64,000 nt of DNA from Eubacteriales bacterium. GTDB taxonomy: Bacteria > Bacillota > Clostridia > Lachnospirales > Lachnospiraceae. Positions 17,847-25,302 of the stretch are shown one piece after another. The first letter of the stretch is position 1, and each line of letters starts with the position of its first letter. Both the position numbers and the translations under genes were made by a program. The stretch is from NCBI GenBank assembly GCA_030539395.1, contig JAUNSC010000012.1, positions 10,390 through 74,389 of the forward strand. Reading direction: 5' to 3'. The notes under the pieces are model-generated. The model worked only from the letters and a program-made list of their open reading frames with translations. It was not told the DNA's origin and made no database searches.

Positions 17847-19155
17847 TCAGCAGTGTCACCTCCGAATTGGTATCGTAGAATCCCACCGTATTTTTTGTAG
17901 ATACAATTGTCAGATTACATGCTTCATACAACCGGTGATGTACCACAAAATCTACCCCGTCATATCCTGTACAGCCAAGAGACAGCATGTACTCTCCGCC
18001 CTGCATATCCATATTCTGCGTAAAGGCAATCTCCTGTGTCTCTCCCGGATTTTTGGATTTCACATTCACCCGCTCAAAAAGGCTGTTTGTTCCCGTAATA
18101 TCCGTTCCCTTTAAATCTGTAATCGTAAAAGCATAGATCGGGTCGTTTACTTTTTCATTAAACTTCACCTTCATCCGGATCGTGCACTTTCTTCCCTTTT
18201 CCAGCGTATTCGATGATTTTCCTTCCTCATCCAGAATATTAAATCCAATGATCTCAGCCCGTTTATCCCCATATTCATTAATCTGGGGATTGACCGGAAA
18301 TGCCGGTGTCCAGGCATCCGCCGGCTCTGCCTCCTTCGGCTGCACAGCTTTTTTCTGTTTCTCATCCGCTTTTCCAGATCCCAGACTGTCCAGATCAAGC
18401 TGATTTACCAAAAGTTTTTTATAAAGATCGACCATGTCCTTCGGGTCTCCCTCTGCCAGCTTATCGCCCTTATTCAGCAAAATCACACGGTCGCAGTATT
18501 TCCTGATGCTGGAAAGATCATGACTTACAAAAATGATCGTCTTTCCCATCTCTTTAAAATCTTCAAATTTACGGTAACATTTTGACTGGAAAAAAACATC
18601 TCCCACAGAAAGTGCTTCATCTACGATCAATATCTCCGGATCAATGTTTATGGCAACCGCAAACGCCAGACGCACGAACATACCGCTGGAATAAGTCTTC
18701 ACCGGCTGGTATACAAAATCACCGATATCTGCAAATTCAAGAATATCCGCAAGTTTTGCGTCGACTTCCTCCCTGGAAAATCCGATCATCGTGCCATTTA
18801 AATATATATTTTCAATTCCCGTGTATTCCATATTAAAGCCGGCGCCCAGCTCCAGCAGGGCGGAAATTCTCCCGTCCACCGTCACTTTTCCCCCGCTGGG
18901 ATTTAAGACACCGGTAATAATCTTCAAAATTGTGGATTTACCGGAACCGTTTGTTCCGATAATCCCTACTGTTTCTCCCCGTTTTACATCAAAACTGATA
19001 TTATTCAGAGCATAATGATCCCTGGACAGGGTCTTTCCCCTTGAAAGTCCAAGAGATTCCAAAAGCCTGTCCTTGGGTCTGTCATATAATTTGTATATCT
19101 TAGTCAGGTCTTCCACCCTGATCGCATAATCCTGCATGCTGTAACCTTCCTGCAA
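17839..19155 (-). CDS. wzt: Polysaccharide ABC exporter ATP-binding protein with a C-terminal Wzt_C-type carbohydrate-binding domain
   Basis: 438 aa. It has Walker A GTNGSGKST, signature YSSGMFVRLAFA and Walker B ILIVDEALSVGD. A ~170-aa beta-rich extension (about 17842-18348: IIGFNILDEEGK..IRMKVKF..YAFTITDLKGTDITGTN..MLSLGCT) is absent from the second exporter ATPase at 35983-36720. Confidence 0.85.
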   Translation of the reverse strand: MQEGYSMQDYAIRVEDLTKIYKLYDRPKDRLLESLGLSRGKTLSRDHYALNNISFDVKRGETVGIIGTNGSGKSTILKIITGVLNPSGGKVTVDGRISALLELGAGFNMEYTGIENIYLNGTMIGFSREEVDAKLADILEFADIGDFVYQPVKTYSSGMFVRLAFAVAINIDPEILIVDEALSVGDVFFQSKCYRKFEDFKEMGKTIIFVSHDLSSIRKYCDRVILLNKGDKLAEGDPKDMVDLYKKLLVNQLDLDSLGSGKADEKQKKAVQPKEAEPADAWTPAFPVNPQINEYGDKRAEIIGFNILDEEGKSSNTLEKGRKCTIRMKVKFNEKVNDPIYAFTITDLKGTDITGTNSLFERVNVKSKNPGETQEIAFTQNMDMQGGEYMLSLGCTGYDGVDFVVHHRLYEACNLTIVSTKNTVGFYDTNSEVTLLNE

Positions 19156-19185
19156 TTATCTCTCCGGGAGATACTGCGCCTTTCT

Positions 19186-20004
19186 CTATAACACATCTGC
19201 AAAATGAATTTTCAATTTTTTGAAAACCCGCGTCCCCAGTATGAACATTATAATAGTAAATGCCCAGAAGTACAAGGTCAGCGCAGGCCGCTCCCAGAAC
19301 CATTTGCCATTGATCAGTGCATCTCTGTAGCCCTCCACAATATAGAACATGGGATTGAGCTTCAATATGAACACCAGCAGTCCCGACAAACGAAAATCCT
19401 CAAAATTCCACATAATCGGTGTCATCCAGACTCCAACCTGCAGACAGATATTAATAAACTGAGACAAATCCCTGAAAAAAATAACAATTGCACTGGTCAT
19501 ATAGGATATTCCCAATACCAATATAAACATGGCCATGGAATAGTATATGATCTGAATTACCTCTATCCCCGGCATATGCCCCATCACAATATAAAGGAGC
19601 AGACATATGCCTATAAATACAAGATGGACAAACAACGCTGATATCAGCTTCACAACAGGCAGAACATTTATATTAAATACTACTTTTTTGACAAGATAGC
19701 TGTATTCTATCAGAGAATTCGTTCCGCTGTTCAATCCTTCCTGAAAGAAAAACCATGGAACAAGCCCGGCTACCAGCCAAAGTACAAATGGCACTTCCCT
19801 TTCAGCTCCGTCCCTCAAATTTGAAAAAACAAACCAGTACACCAGGATTGTGACCAACGGCTGGATAAACGCCCAGATAATTCCCAGATAAGATCCTGCA
19901 TATTTTGTTTTGAAATCATTTTTTGCCAGGCTCAGTATCATTTTTCTATTTTGATACGTTTCACCCAGCAAAGAAAAAAAGCGTGTTATCATAGATTCTC
20001 CCAT
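19186..20004 (-). CDS. wzm: ABC-2 type polysaccharide exporter permease (Wzm/TagG/RgpC-like)
   Basis: 272 aa, six hydrophobic segments. The N-terminal motif KNDFKTKYAGSYLGIIWAFIQPL is typical of ABC-2 polysaccharide permeases. It abuts rfbC with no gap. Confidence 0.85.
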   Translation of the reverse strand: MGESMITRFFSLLGETYQNRKMILSLAKNDFKTKYAGSYLGIIWAFIQPLVTILVYWFVFSNLRDGAEREVPFVLWLVAGLVPWFFFQEGLNSGTNSLIEYSYLVKKVVFNINVLPVVKLISALFVHLVFIGICLLLYIVMGHMPGIEVIQIIYYSMAMFILVLGISYMTSAIVIFFRDLSQFINICLQVGVWMTPIMWNFEDFRLSGLLVFILKLNPMFYIVEGYRDALINGKWFWERPALTLYFWAFTIIMFILGTRVFKKLKIHFADVL

Positions 20005-20556
20005 CTATTTCTTAAGTTGCCTGATCGTGCCCCATTTCTGATCCTTTTCAGAAATCGTCAGCTCCATGCCTTCCGGGATCGGCCAGTCAATCCCGATATC
20101 CGGATCATTCCACATGATCCCGCCCTCATCATCCGGATGATAAAAATCCGAACACTTGTAAGTAAATTCCGCATAATCCGAAAGTACCAGAAATCCATGC
20201 GCAAAGTTCTTCGGGATAAAGAACTGCTTCTTATTTTCCGCAGAAAGAATGACTCCATACCACTTCCCGTAAGTAGCTGAACCCTCTCTTAAGTCCACAG
20301 CCACATCAAATACTTCTCCCGATACCACCCTTACTATTTTATCCTGGGAATACTTTTTCTGGAAGTGCAGGCCTCTCAGCACCCCTTTTTTGGATGCCGA
20401 CTGGTTATCCTGCACAAATTCCATCTCTATTCCCGCTTCTTTATAATCATTGAAGTTATATGTCTCCATGAAATACCCACGCTCGTCTCCGAAAATCGTG
20501 GGGGTAATCACCTTCAGGCCTTCTATTTCACAGGTCTCCACTGTAATCTTTCCCAT
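20005..20556 (-). CDS. rfbC: dTDP-4-dehydrorhamnose 3,5-epimerase
   Basis: 183 aa; FGDERGYFMETYN, GVLRGLHFQ, KIVRVVSGEVFDVAVDLR and NFAHGFLVLSD are classic RmlC motifs. Confidence 0.95.
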   Translation of the reverse strand: MGKITVETCEIEGLKVITPTIFGDERGYFMETYNFNDYKEAGIEMEFVQDNQSASKKGVLRGLHFQKKYSQDKIVRVVSGEVFDVAVDLREGSATYGKWYGVILSAENKKQFFIPKNFAHGFLVLSDYAEFTYKCSDFYHPDDEGGIMWNDPDIGIDWPIPEGMELTISEKDQKWGTIRQLKK

Positions 20557-20575
20557 GTTCTGTCCTCGATCCTCA

Positions 20576-21463
20576 CTACTGTTTTACGTTCCCGCCAAGT
20601 CCCTCTGCGATCTCCATCAGGTACTGACCATAAGCTGTTTTGAGCAGCGGCTGTGCAAGGGCAACCAGCTGGTCTTTATTGATAAACCCCCGCTTGTAAG
20701 CGATCTCCTCAATACAGGAAATATAAAGTCCCTGGCGTTTCTGGAATGCAGCCACAAAATCAGCCGCGTCCAGCAGCGCATCATGGTTTCCCGTATCCAG
20801 CCATGCAAATCCCCGGCCCAGCGTTTCTACCTGAAGAGTTCCTCTTCTCAGGTATTCATTATTGATGCTGGTAATCTCGATCTCACCTCTGGCGGAAGGC
20901 TTTACATTTTTAGCGATCTCCACTACATCATTGTCATAGAAGTACAATCCCGGCACCGCATAGTTGCTTCTTGGGTGCTCCGGTTTTTCCTCAATGGAAA
21001 GCGCTTTTCCGTTTTCATCAAACTCCACTACGCCATATTCTCTCGGATCCTTGACATAATAACCAAAAATAGTCGCTCCCCGCTCCCTTTCAGCCGCGCT
21101 TTTCAGCACTCTTGAAAAGCTCTGCCCGTAGAAGATATTATCTCCCAGGACAAGCGCCACCCTGTCATCCCCGATAAATTCTTCCCCGATAAGAAATGCG
21201 TCCGCAAGCCCCCTGGGCTGTTCCTGGACAGCATAGGAAAAACGCATTCCAAGCTGCTCTCCCGTCCCCAGAAGGTCTTCAAAAACCGGAAGGTCCCTCG
21301 GTGTGGAAATGATCAGCACTTCACGGATGCCTGCCAGCATCAGTGTGGAAAGCGGATAGTAGATCATCGGCTTGTCATAAACAGGCATGATCTGTTTTGA
21401 AATTGCCTTTGTCAGCGGATAAAGCCGGGTGCCGGCTCCGCCCGCAAGTATGATACCTTTCAT
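20576..21463 (-). CDS. rfbA: Glucose-1-phosphate thymidylyltransferase
   Basis: 295 aa; [34 protein letters not shown] and [14 protein letters not shown] are the RmlA signature. Confidence 0.95.
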   Translation of the reverse strand: MKGIILAGGAGTRLYPLTKAISKQIMPVYDKPMIYYPLSTLMLAGIREVLIISTPRDLPVFEDLLGTGEQLGMRFSYAVQEQPRGLADAFLIGEEFIGDDRVALVLGDNIFYGQSFSRVLKSAAERERGATIFGYYVKDPREYGVVEFDENGKALSIEEKPEHPRSNYAVPGLYFYDNDVVEIAKNVKPSARGEIEITSINNEYLRRGTLQVETLGRGFAWLDTGNHDALLDAADFVAAFQKRQGLYISCIEEIAYKRGFINKDQLVALAQPLLKTAYGQYLMEIAEGLGGNVKQ

Positions 21464-21510
21464 CAGTTCCTCCTTATACGTATAAGCATACCCGAACGCC
21501 TGCCCGGAAA

Positions 21511-22593
21511 CTATTTGTTCGAGTACATATCGTCATAGTATTTCTGGTAATCTCCGCTGGTCACGTTTTTCATCCAGTCTTCGTTCTCAAAAAACCATTT
21601 GATCGTCATGCGGATCCCATCCCTGAACATGGTTTCCGGCTCCCAGCCAAGCTCTGCACGGATCTTATCCGGTGCGATGGCATAGCGCCTGTCATGGCCC
21701 TTGCGGTCTGTCACATAAGTAATCAGGTTTTCGCTTACCAGCTCTCTTCTCGGATCATTTTCCGGAAGCATCTCCAGAAGGGTGTCCAGAATGATATGGA
21801 TGATCTCAATATTCTGCTTCTCGTTATGTCCGCCGATATTATAGGTCTCAAAAAGACGTCCCTTTTCCTGTACAAGGTCGATCCCCTTTGCGTGATCTTC
21901 CACATAGAGCCAGTCACGCACATTTTTTCCGTCCCCGTATACCGGGAGCGGTTTGCCCTGGAGTGCATTATTGATCATCAGCGGAATCAGTTTCTCCGGG
22001 AACTGGTACGGTCCGTAATTATTGCTGCAGTTCGTGATATTGGCCGGGAATCTGTAAGTATCCATATAAGCCTTTACCAGCATGTCAGAAGATGCCTTGC
22101 TGGCAGAATAGGGGCTGTGAGGATCATACGGAGTCGTCTCATAAAAATACTCTCCCTCATTTTCCAGTGATCCATATACTTCATCCGTAGAAACATGAAG
22201 GAATTTTTTGCCCTCTTTAAAGCTTCCGTCCGGCAGTTCCCATGCAGCCTTAGCCGCATTCAGCATCACAAGTGTTCCCAGGACATTTGTCTTTACAAAA
22301 ACATCCGGGTTCTTAATGCTGCGGTCTACGTGGCTTTCTGCCGCAAAGTGTACGACGCGGTCGATATCATTTTCCTCAAATATTTTCATGATCGCGTCAC
22401 TGTCCGTAATATCCGCTTTCACGAACGTATAGTTATCACGTTTTTCCACATCACGGAGATTCTCCAGATTACCTGCATAAGTCAGGCAGTCTACATTTAT
22501 GATGCGGATCTCATTATCATATTTTTTAAACATGTAGTGAATATAGTTGGAACCGATAAAACCTGCTCCTCCGGTTACAAGATAAGTTCTCAT
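21511..22593 (-). CDS. rfbB: dTDP-glucose 4,6-dehydratase
   Basis: 360 aa; [30 protein letters not shown] and [12 protein letters not shown] (Y-x3-K) are the RmlB signature. SD GGAGG lies upstream. It is the first gene of operon 1. Confidence 0.95.
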   Translation of the reverse strand: MRTYLVTGGAGFIGSNYIHYMFKKYDNEIRIINVDCLTYAGNLENLRDVEKRDNYTFVKADITDSDAIMKIFEENDIDRVVHFAAESHVDRSIKNPDVFVKTNVLGTLVMLNAAKAAWELPDGSFKEGKKFLHVSTDEVYGSLENEGEYFYETTPYDPHSPYSASKASSDMLVKAYMDTYRFPANITNCSNNYGPYQFPEKLIPLMINNALQGKPLPVYGDGKNVRDWLYVEDHAKGIDLVQEKGRLFETYNIGGHNEKQNIEIIHIILDTLLEMLPENDPRRELVSENLITYVTDRKGHDRRYAIAPDKIRAELGWEPETMFRDGIRMTIKWFFENEDWMKNVTSGDYQKYYDDMYSNK

Positions 22594-22631
22594 TTGTTTT
22601 CCTCCACTATTTTATTGCATAGCTATGTTTT

Positions 22632-22660
22632 ATTATAGCAAAAAAGCCTGTTCTGGGCAA
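22632..22660 (-). promoter_or_regulatory. Predicted sigma-A promoter of the rfbB-led operon (TTGCCC -17 nt- TGcTATAAT)
   Basis: On the minus strand, -35 TTGCCC is at 22660-22655, followed by a 17-nt spacer. The extended -10 TGCTATAAT is at 22640-22632, about 38 nt upstream of the rfbB ATG. Read by eye, not scored. Confidence 0.55.
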
Positions 22661-22664
22661 GGCA

Positions 22665-22712
22665 TTAACCTTATTTTATAAATTTTCCTTAACCTTATTT
22701 TATAAATTTTCC
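22665..22712. repeat. Perfect 24-bp tandem direct repeat (TTAACCTTATTTTATAAATTTTCC x2) abutting the -35 box
   Basis: Copy 1 is 22665-22688 and copy 2 is 22689-22712, identical on reading. It lies 4 nt upstream of the predicted -35 of the rfbB promoter. Confidence 0.9.
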
Positions 22713-23244
22713 TGCGCTTCGATTGATCACGCTATATATATCATGACAAGCATAGTCAAATGTAGAAAATCTGCGATACGCTTCTCTTATTTTGCTCTCA
22801 GAAACGAGAGTTGATTATCAAGGAAGTTCACATATATTTGTACATTTTTTTCTTCAGATAAACTTGACGTTATCGAAAATAATATGATATTGTATATAGC
22901 AGATTTCTTTAATTCAATTTATAGGAAGGAGTGAAATGGATACTTTCCGGAAATATGCAGAAATTCTTTTATAATTATTCGAGAAAAACTAATGAAATTG
23001 TTATAGATAAGCCAAGACCTGATTCCAGGCCAGTAAATAATTTTTCTGAAATTATTCAGCAGCAGCATCCTGTTTCGCATGCAATAATACCCGTTGCATA
23101 TATTTTAGCTGATGAATAGTCAAATCATACAAGGACAATTACAGAAAACTCTATTCATATATGGTGTTTTCTGCAATTGTCCTTATATTTTGCAAAACAG
23201 ATCCCGCAATGAAAAACGCAAATGTCACCCCGGAATAATATATT

Positions 23245-23283
23245 ATAAAAACAAGGGCAGAACCTGTGAAAATGGTTCTGCCC
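23245..23283 (-). terminator. Rho-independent terminator ending operon 2
   Basis: Stem GGGCAGAACC (23255-23264), 9-nt loop, stem GGTTCTGCCC (23274-23283). On the minus strand it is followed by TTGTTTTTAT. It sits 25 nt after the stop of the 222-aa gene. Confidence 0.75.
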
Positions 23284-23308
23284 ATATAATACTCTATGTT
23301 AAACATTT

Positions 23309-23977
23309 TTAAAATCTATCCGATGCGAGACCAAAATATCTCTTTCCATTATAATCTCTGTACGCGCGAATCTTAAAAGGATATCTCAGATAATTTGAAT
23401 AACCCATTTTCAAATAAGAATTAGAAGGCCTAATCATAGAATAGTGTCTCCAGTTACTTCCATTCCAATAAAGAATCTGATATCCGCTGATCTTAGACTG
23501 AGTGCTAAAATGAATATATACAAAATTTCCGCTGCGGTATTTGCTTCCAAGCGATACCTTTCCAGGTATAACATTGAAAGTACGTGTAGCCCATTTACTA
23601 TAACGACCCTTTTTATCAATTGCTCTTACCTGCCATTTGTAAGCGCCTGCTCCCCTATAAGAGCCTGAAAAATAATCACTTAATCTGAACCGGGTTGCAT
23701 TTGTACTATTGTTGATCGTAGTGCTGTAATTCCAACCGGGCCCAGTAATCTTCACCTGATAACATTTAATACTCGACATAAATTTGGTATTCAGATATAT
23801 TGTATCAGTTGTCGCAAATGTAGACTTGTTATTATATGAATTATTGTCAGAAACATATAATGACGGTGCACTCACTGCTTTTGCTGATAAAGGCAAAGCG
23901 CCAACCATCATAATCATGGCAAACGTTGCTAAAACAACCTTAGAAAATTTCATAACTCCTTCTTTAAAGCTTTTCAT
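23309..23977 (-). CDS. Secreted protein of unknown function with two FN3-like modules
   Basis: 222 aa with a signal peptide (KFSKVVLATFAMIMMVGALPLSAKA). FN3-like strand patterns are YQVKITGPGW..YKWQVRAIDKKGRYSKWATRTFNV and SGYQILYWNGSNW..YPFKIRAYRDYNGKRYFG. SD AAGGAG is 9 nt before the ATG at 23977. Confidence 0.6.
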   Translation of the reverse strand: MKSFKEGVMKFSKVVLATFAMIMMVGALPLSAKAVSAPSLYVSDNNSYNNKSTFATTDTIYLNTKFMSSIKCYQVKITGPGWNYSTTINNSTNATRFRLSDYFSGSYRGAGAYKWQVRAIDKKGRYSKWATRTFNVIPGKVSLGSKYRSGNFVYIHFSTQSKISGYQILYWNGSNWRHYSMIRPSNSYLKMGYSNYLRYPFKIRAYRDYNGKRYFGLASDRF

Positions 23978-24059
23978 AAAACCTCTCTCCTTCCCCTACT
24001 GCTTTTCTGCTTAAAATGCTGCTTATAATTAGTACTTTTGCACAAATACATTGTATTAT

Positions 24060-24116
24060 AAAAAAAAATTTTTTACAAGTATTTGTTCACAAAATTTTCA
24101 CAAATTTTCACATTAC
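24060..24116. promoter_or_regulatory. A9T6 tract followed by three helically phased TTCACA direct repeats upstream of the FN3-like secreted-protein gene
   Basis: A9 is at 24060-24068 and T6 at 24069-24074. TTCACAAAATT (24086), TTCACAAATT (24097) and TTCACATTAC (24107) are spaced 10-11 bp apart. Function unknown. Confidence 0.35.
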
Positions 24117-24210
24117 AATTAACTTCTATAAGAAAAAAAGGTACCGGCAGCTTCAATCTCATGCCCATACCTTTTTCTTCATTAATCAAATACTCTCGAA
24201 GTGCAAACTG

Positions 24211-25269
24211 TCACGGAAAAAGTTTCCTGATTCCCGGAATTTTCTTCGTACAAAATACAATACACAAACTCACCGCCCAAGTTAAAAACGGGCCTAAAAT
24301 TCTCCACTTCCATCCTGTTTCCCAGACATCCATTAGTTGTTTCTCATAATACATGACAAAAGCATGTATCAAATAGATACCAAGACTGCAGGAGGAAATC
24401 CTGGCTATCGCCCTTTCACTGATTTTCACCTTTCTCAGGAGGCTTTCCCAATCCCGGTGTTTGAAAAAAAGAAATACTGCACATGCCAGAAAAACAGAGT
24501 GGAACTGTATATAGCCAAACAATGTTTTATTCGTACTCCCGTCCTGCACAGACAAAACAAGCGTCACAAAATAGCGCAGCAACATGGATGCCGCCGCAAG
24601 CACATACGAAGCATGGCGAACCCCCGACGATATCTCATTTGTAGCCAGCAGATATCCCAGGACCGGAAAAAGAAATACCCCCGAAGCCATCGGAAATCCC
24701 AGAGCAGAGGGCCATGAAATCCCCATCGCCTTACATAAAACAGGCATGACGGAATATGTTATAAACGCCAAAAGCGCCATGTACCACAGAAGTTTTTTAT
24801 TCTTCTTATCCTGAGCAAAAGGCGCAAGAAAGGGGATTCCCATATAAACAGCAAACAGACTTGGGAAGAACCAGTATTTTGTCTCAATTTTACTGTTCAG
24901 CAGCATTGAAATCAAATTAGCCAATGACCAACTTTCCATACTGATTTGATGACTGACCGCCGTTTTCCATACAAGTGATATTCCGCTCCATACAAGCCAC
25001 GGAAATACCGCTCTGTCTATCCGCTTCCGAATATACGTTTTGGTATCATATTTGCAACGATATTCTATCAATGTTGCACCTGACAGCATCAGAAATACCG
25101 GTACTGCCCAATAACACGCAACCTCCACAACCAGTGCCTGTTTCCATGCTGAGCCCTCACTGTATGAATGTACAATCCCATTACAATGCAGGGCAACCAC
25201 GCAAAAACATGCACATATATTTAAGATGTCATAATACAGGATTCTTCCTGGTAATCTTTTCGTATTCAT
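24211..25269 (-). CDS. Acyltransferase family 3 integral membrane O-acyl(acetyl)transferase
   Basis: 352 aa with about 10 TM segments. The N-terminus RILYYDILNICACFCVVALHCNG has the conserved His pattern of Acyl_transf_3 (OatA/WecH-like) proteins. Confidence 0.8.
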   Translation of the reverse strand: MNTKRLPGRILYYDILNICACFCVVALHCNGIVHSYSEGSAWKQALVVEVACYWAVPVFLMLSGATLIEYRCKYDTKTYIRKRIDRAVFPWLVWSGISLVWKTAVSHQISMESWSLANLISMLLNSKIETKYWFFPSLFAVYMGIPFLAPFAQDKKNKKLLWYMALLAFITYSVMPVLCKAMGISWPSALGFPMASGVFLFPVLGYLLATNEISSGVRHASYVLAAASMLLRYFVTLVLSVQDGSTNKTLFGYIQFHSVFLACAVFLFFKHRDWESLLRKVKISERAIARISSCSLGIYLIHAFVMYYEKQLMDVWETGWKWRILGPFLTWAVSLCIVFCTKKIPGIRKLFP

Positions 25270-25302
25270 AATACCCTTCCAATATCATTCGGCATTTCCA
25301 AT

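Noticed and set aside
22931-23312. Two small plus-strand ORFs (62 and 66 aa) in the 715-bp intergenic region, and a 12-aa ORF (ATG 22936, MDTFRKYAEILL) behind a strong SD-like AGGAAGGAG
   Set aside because: No recognisable motif or signal peptide. The GTG of the 62-aa ORF directly abuts the SD (no spacing). The second ORF runs through the operon-2 terminator hairpin. The 12-aa peptide with a good SD is intriguing but unsupported by anything else, so a functional sORF or leader peptide cannot be claimed without ribosome profiling or conservation.
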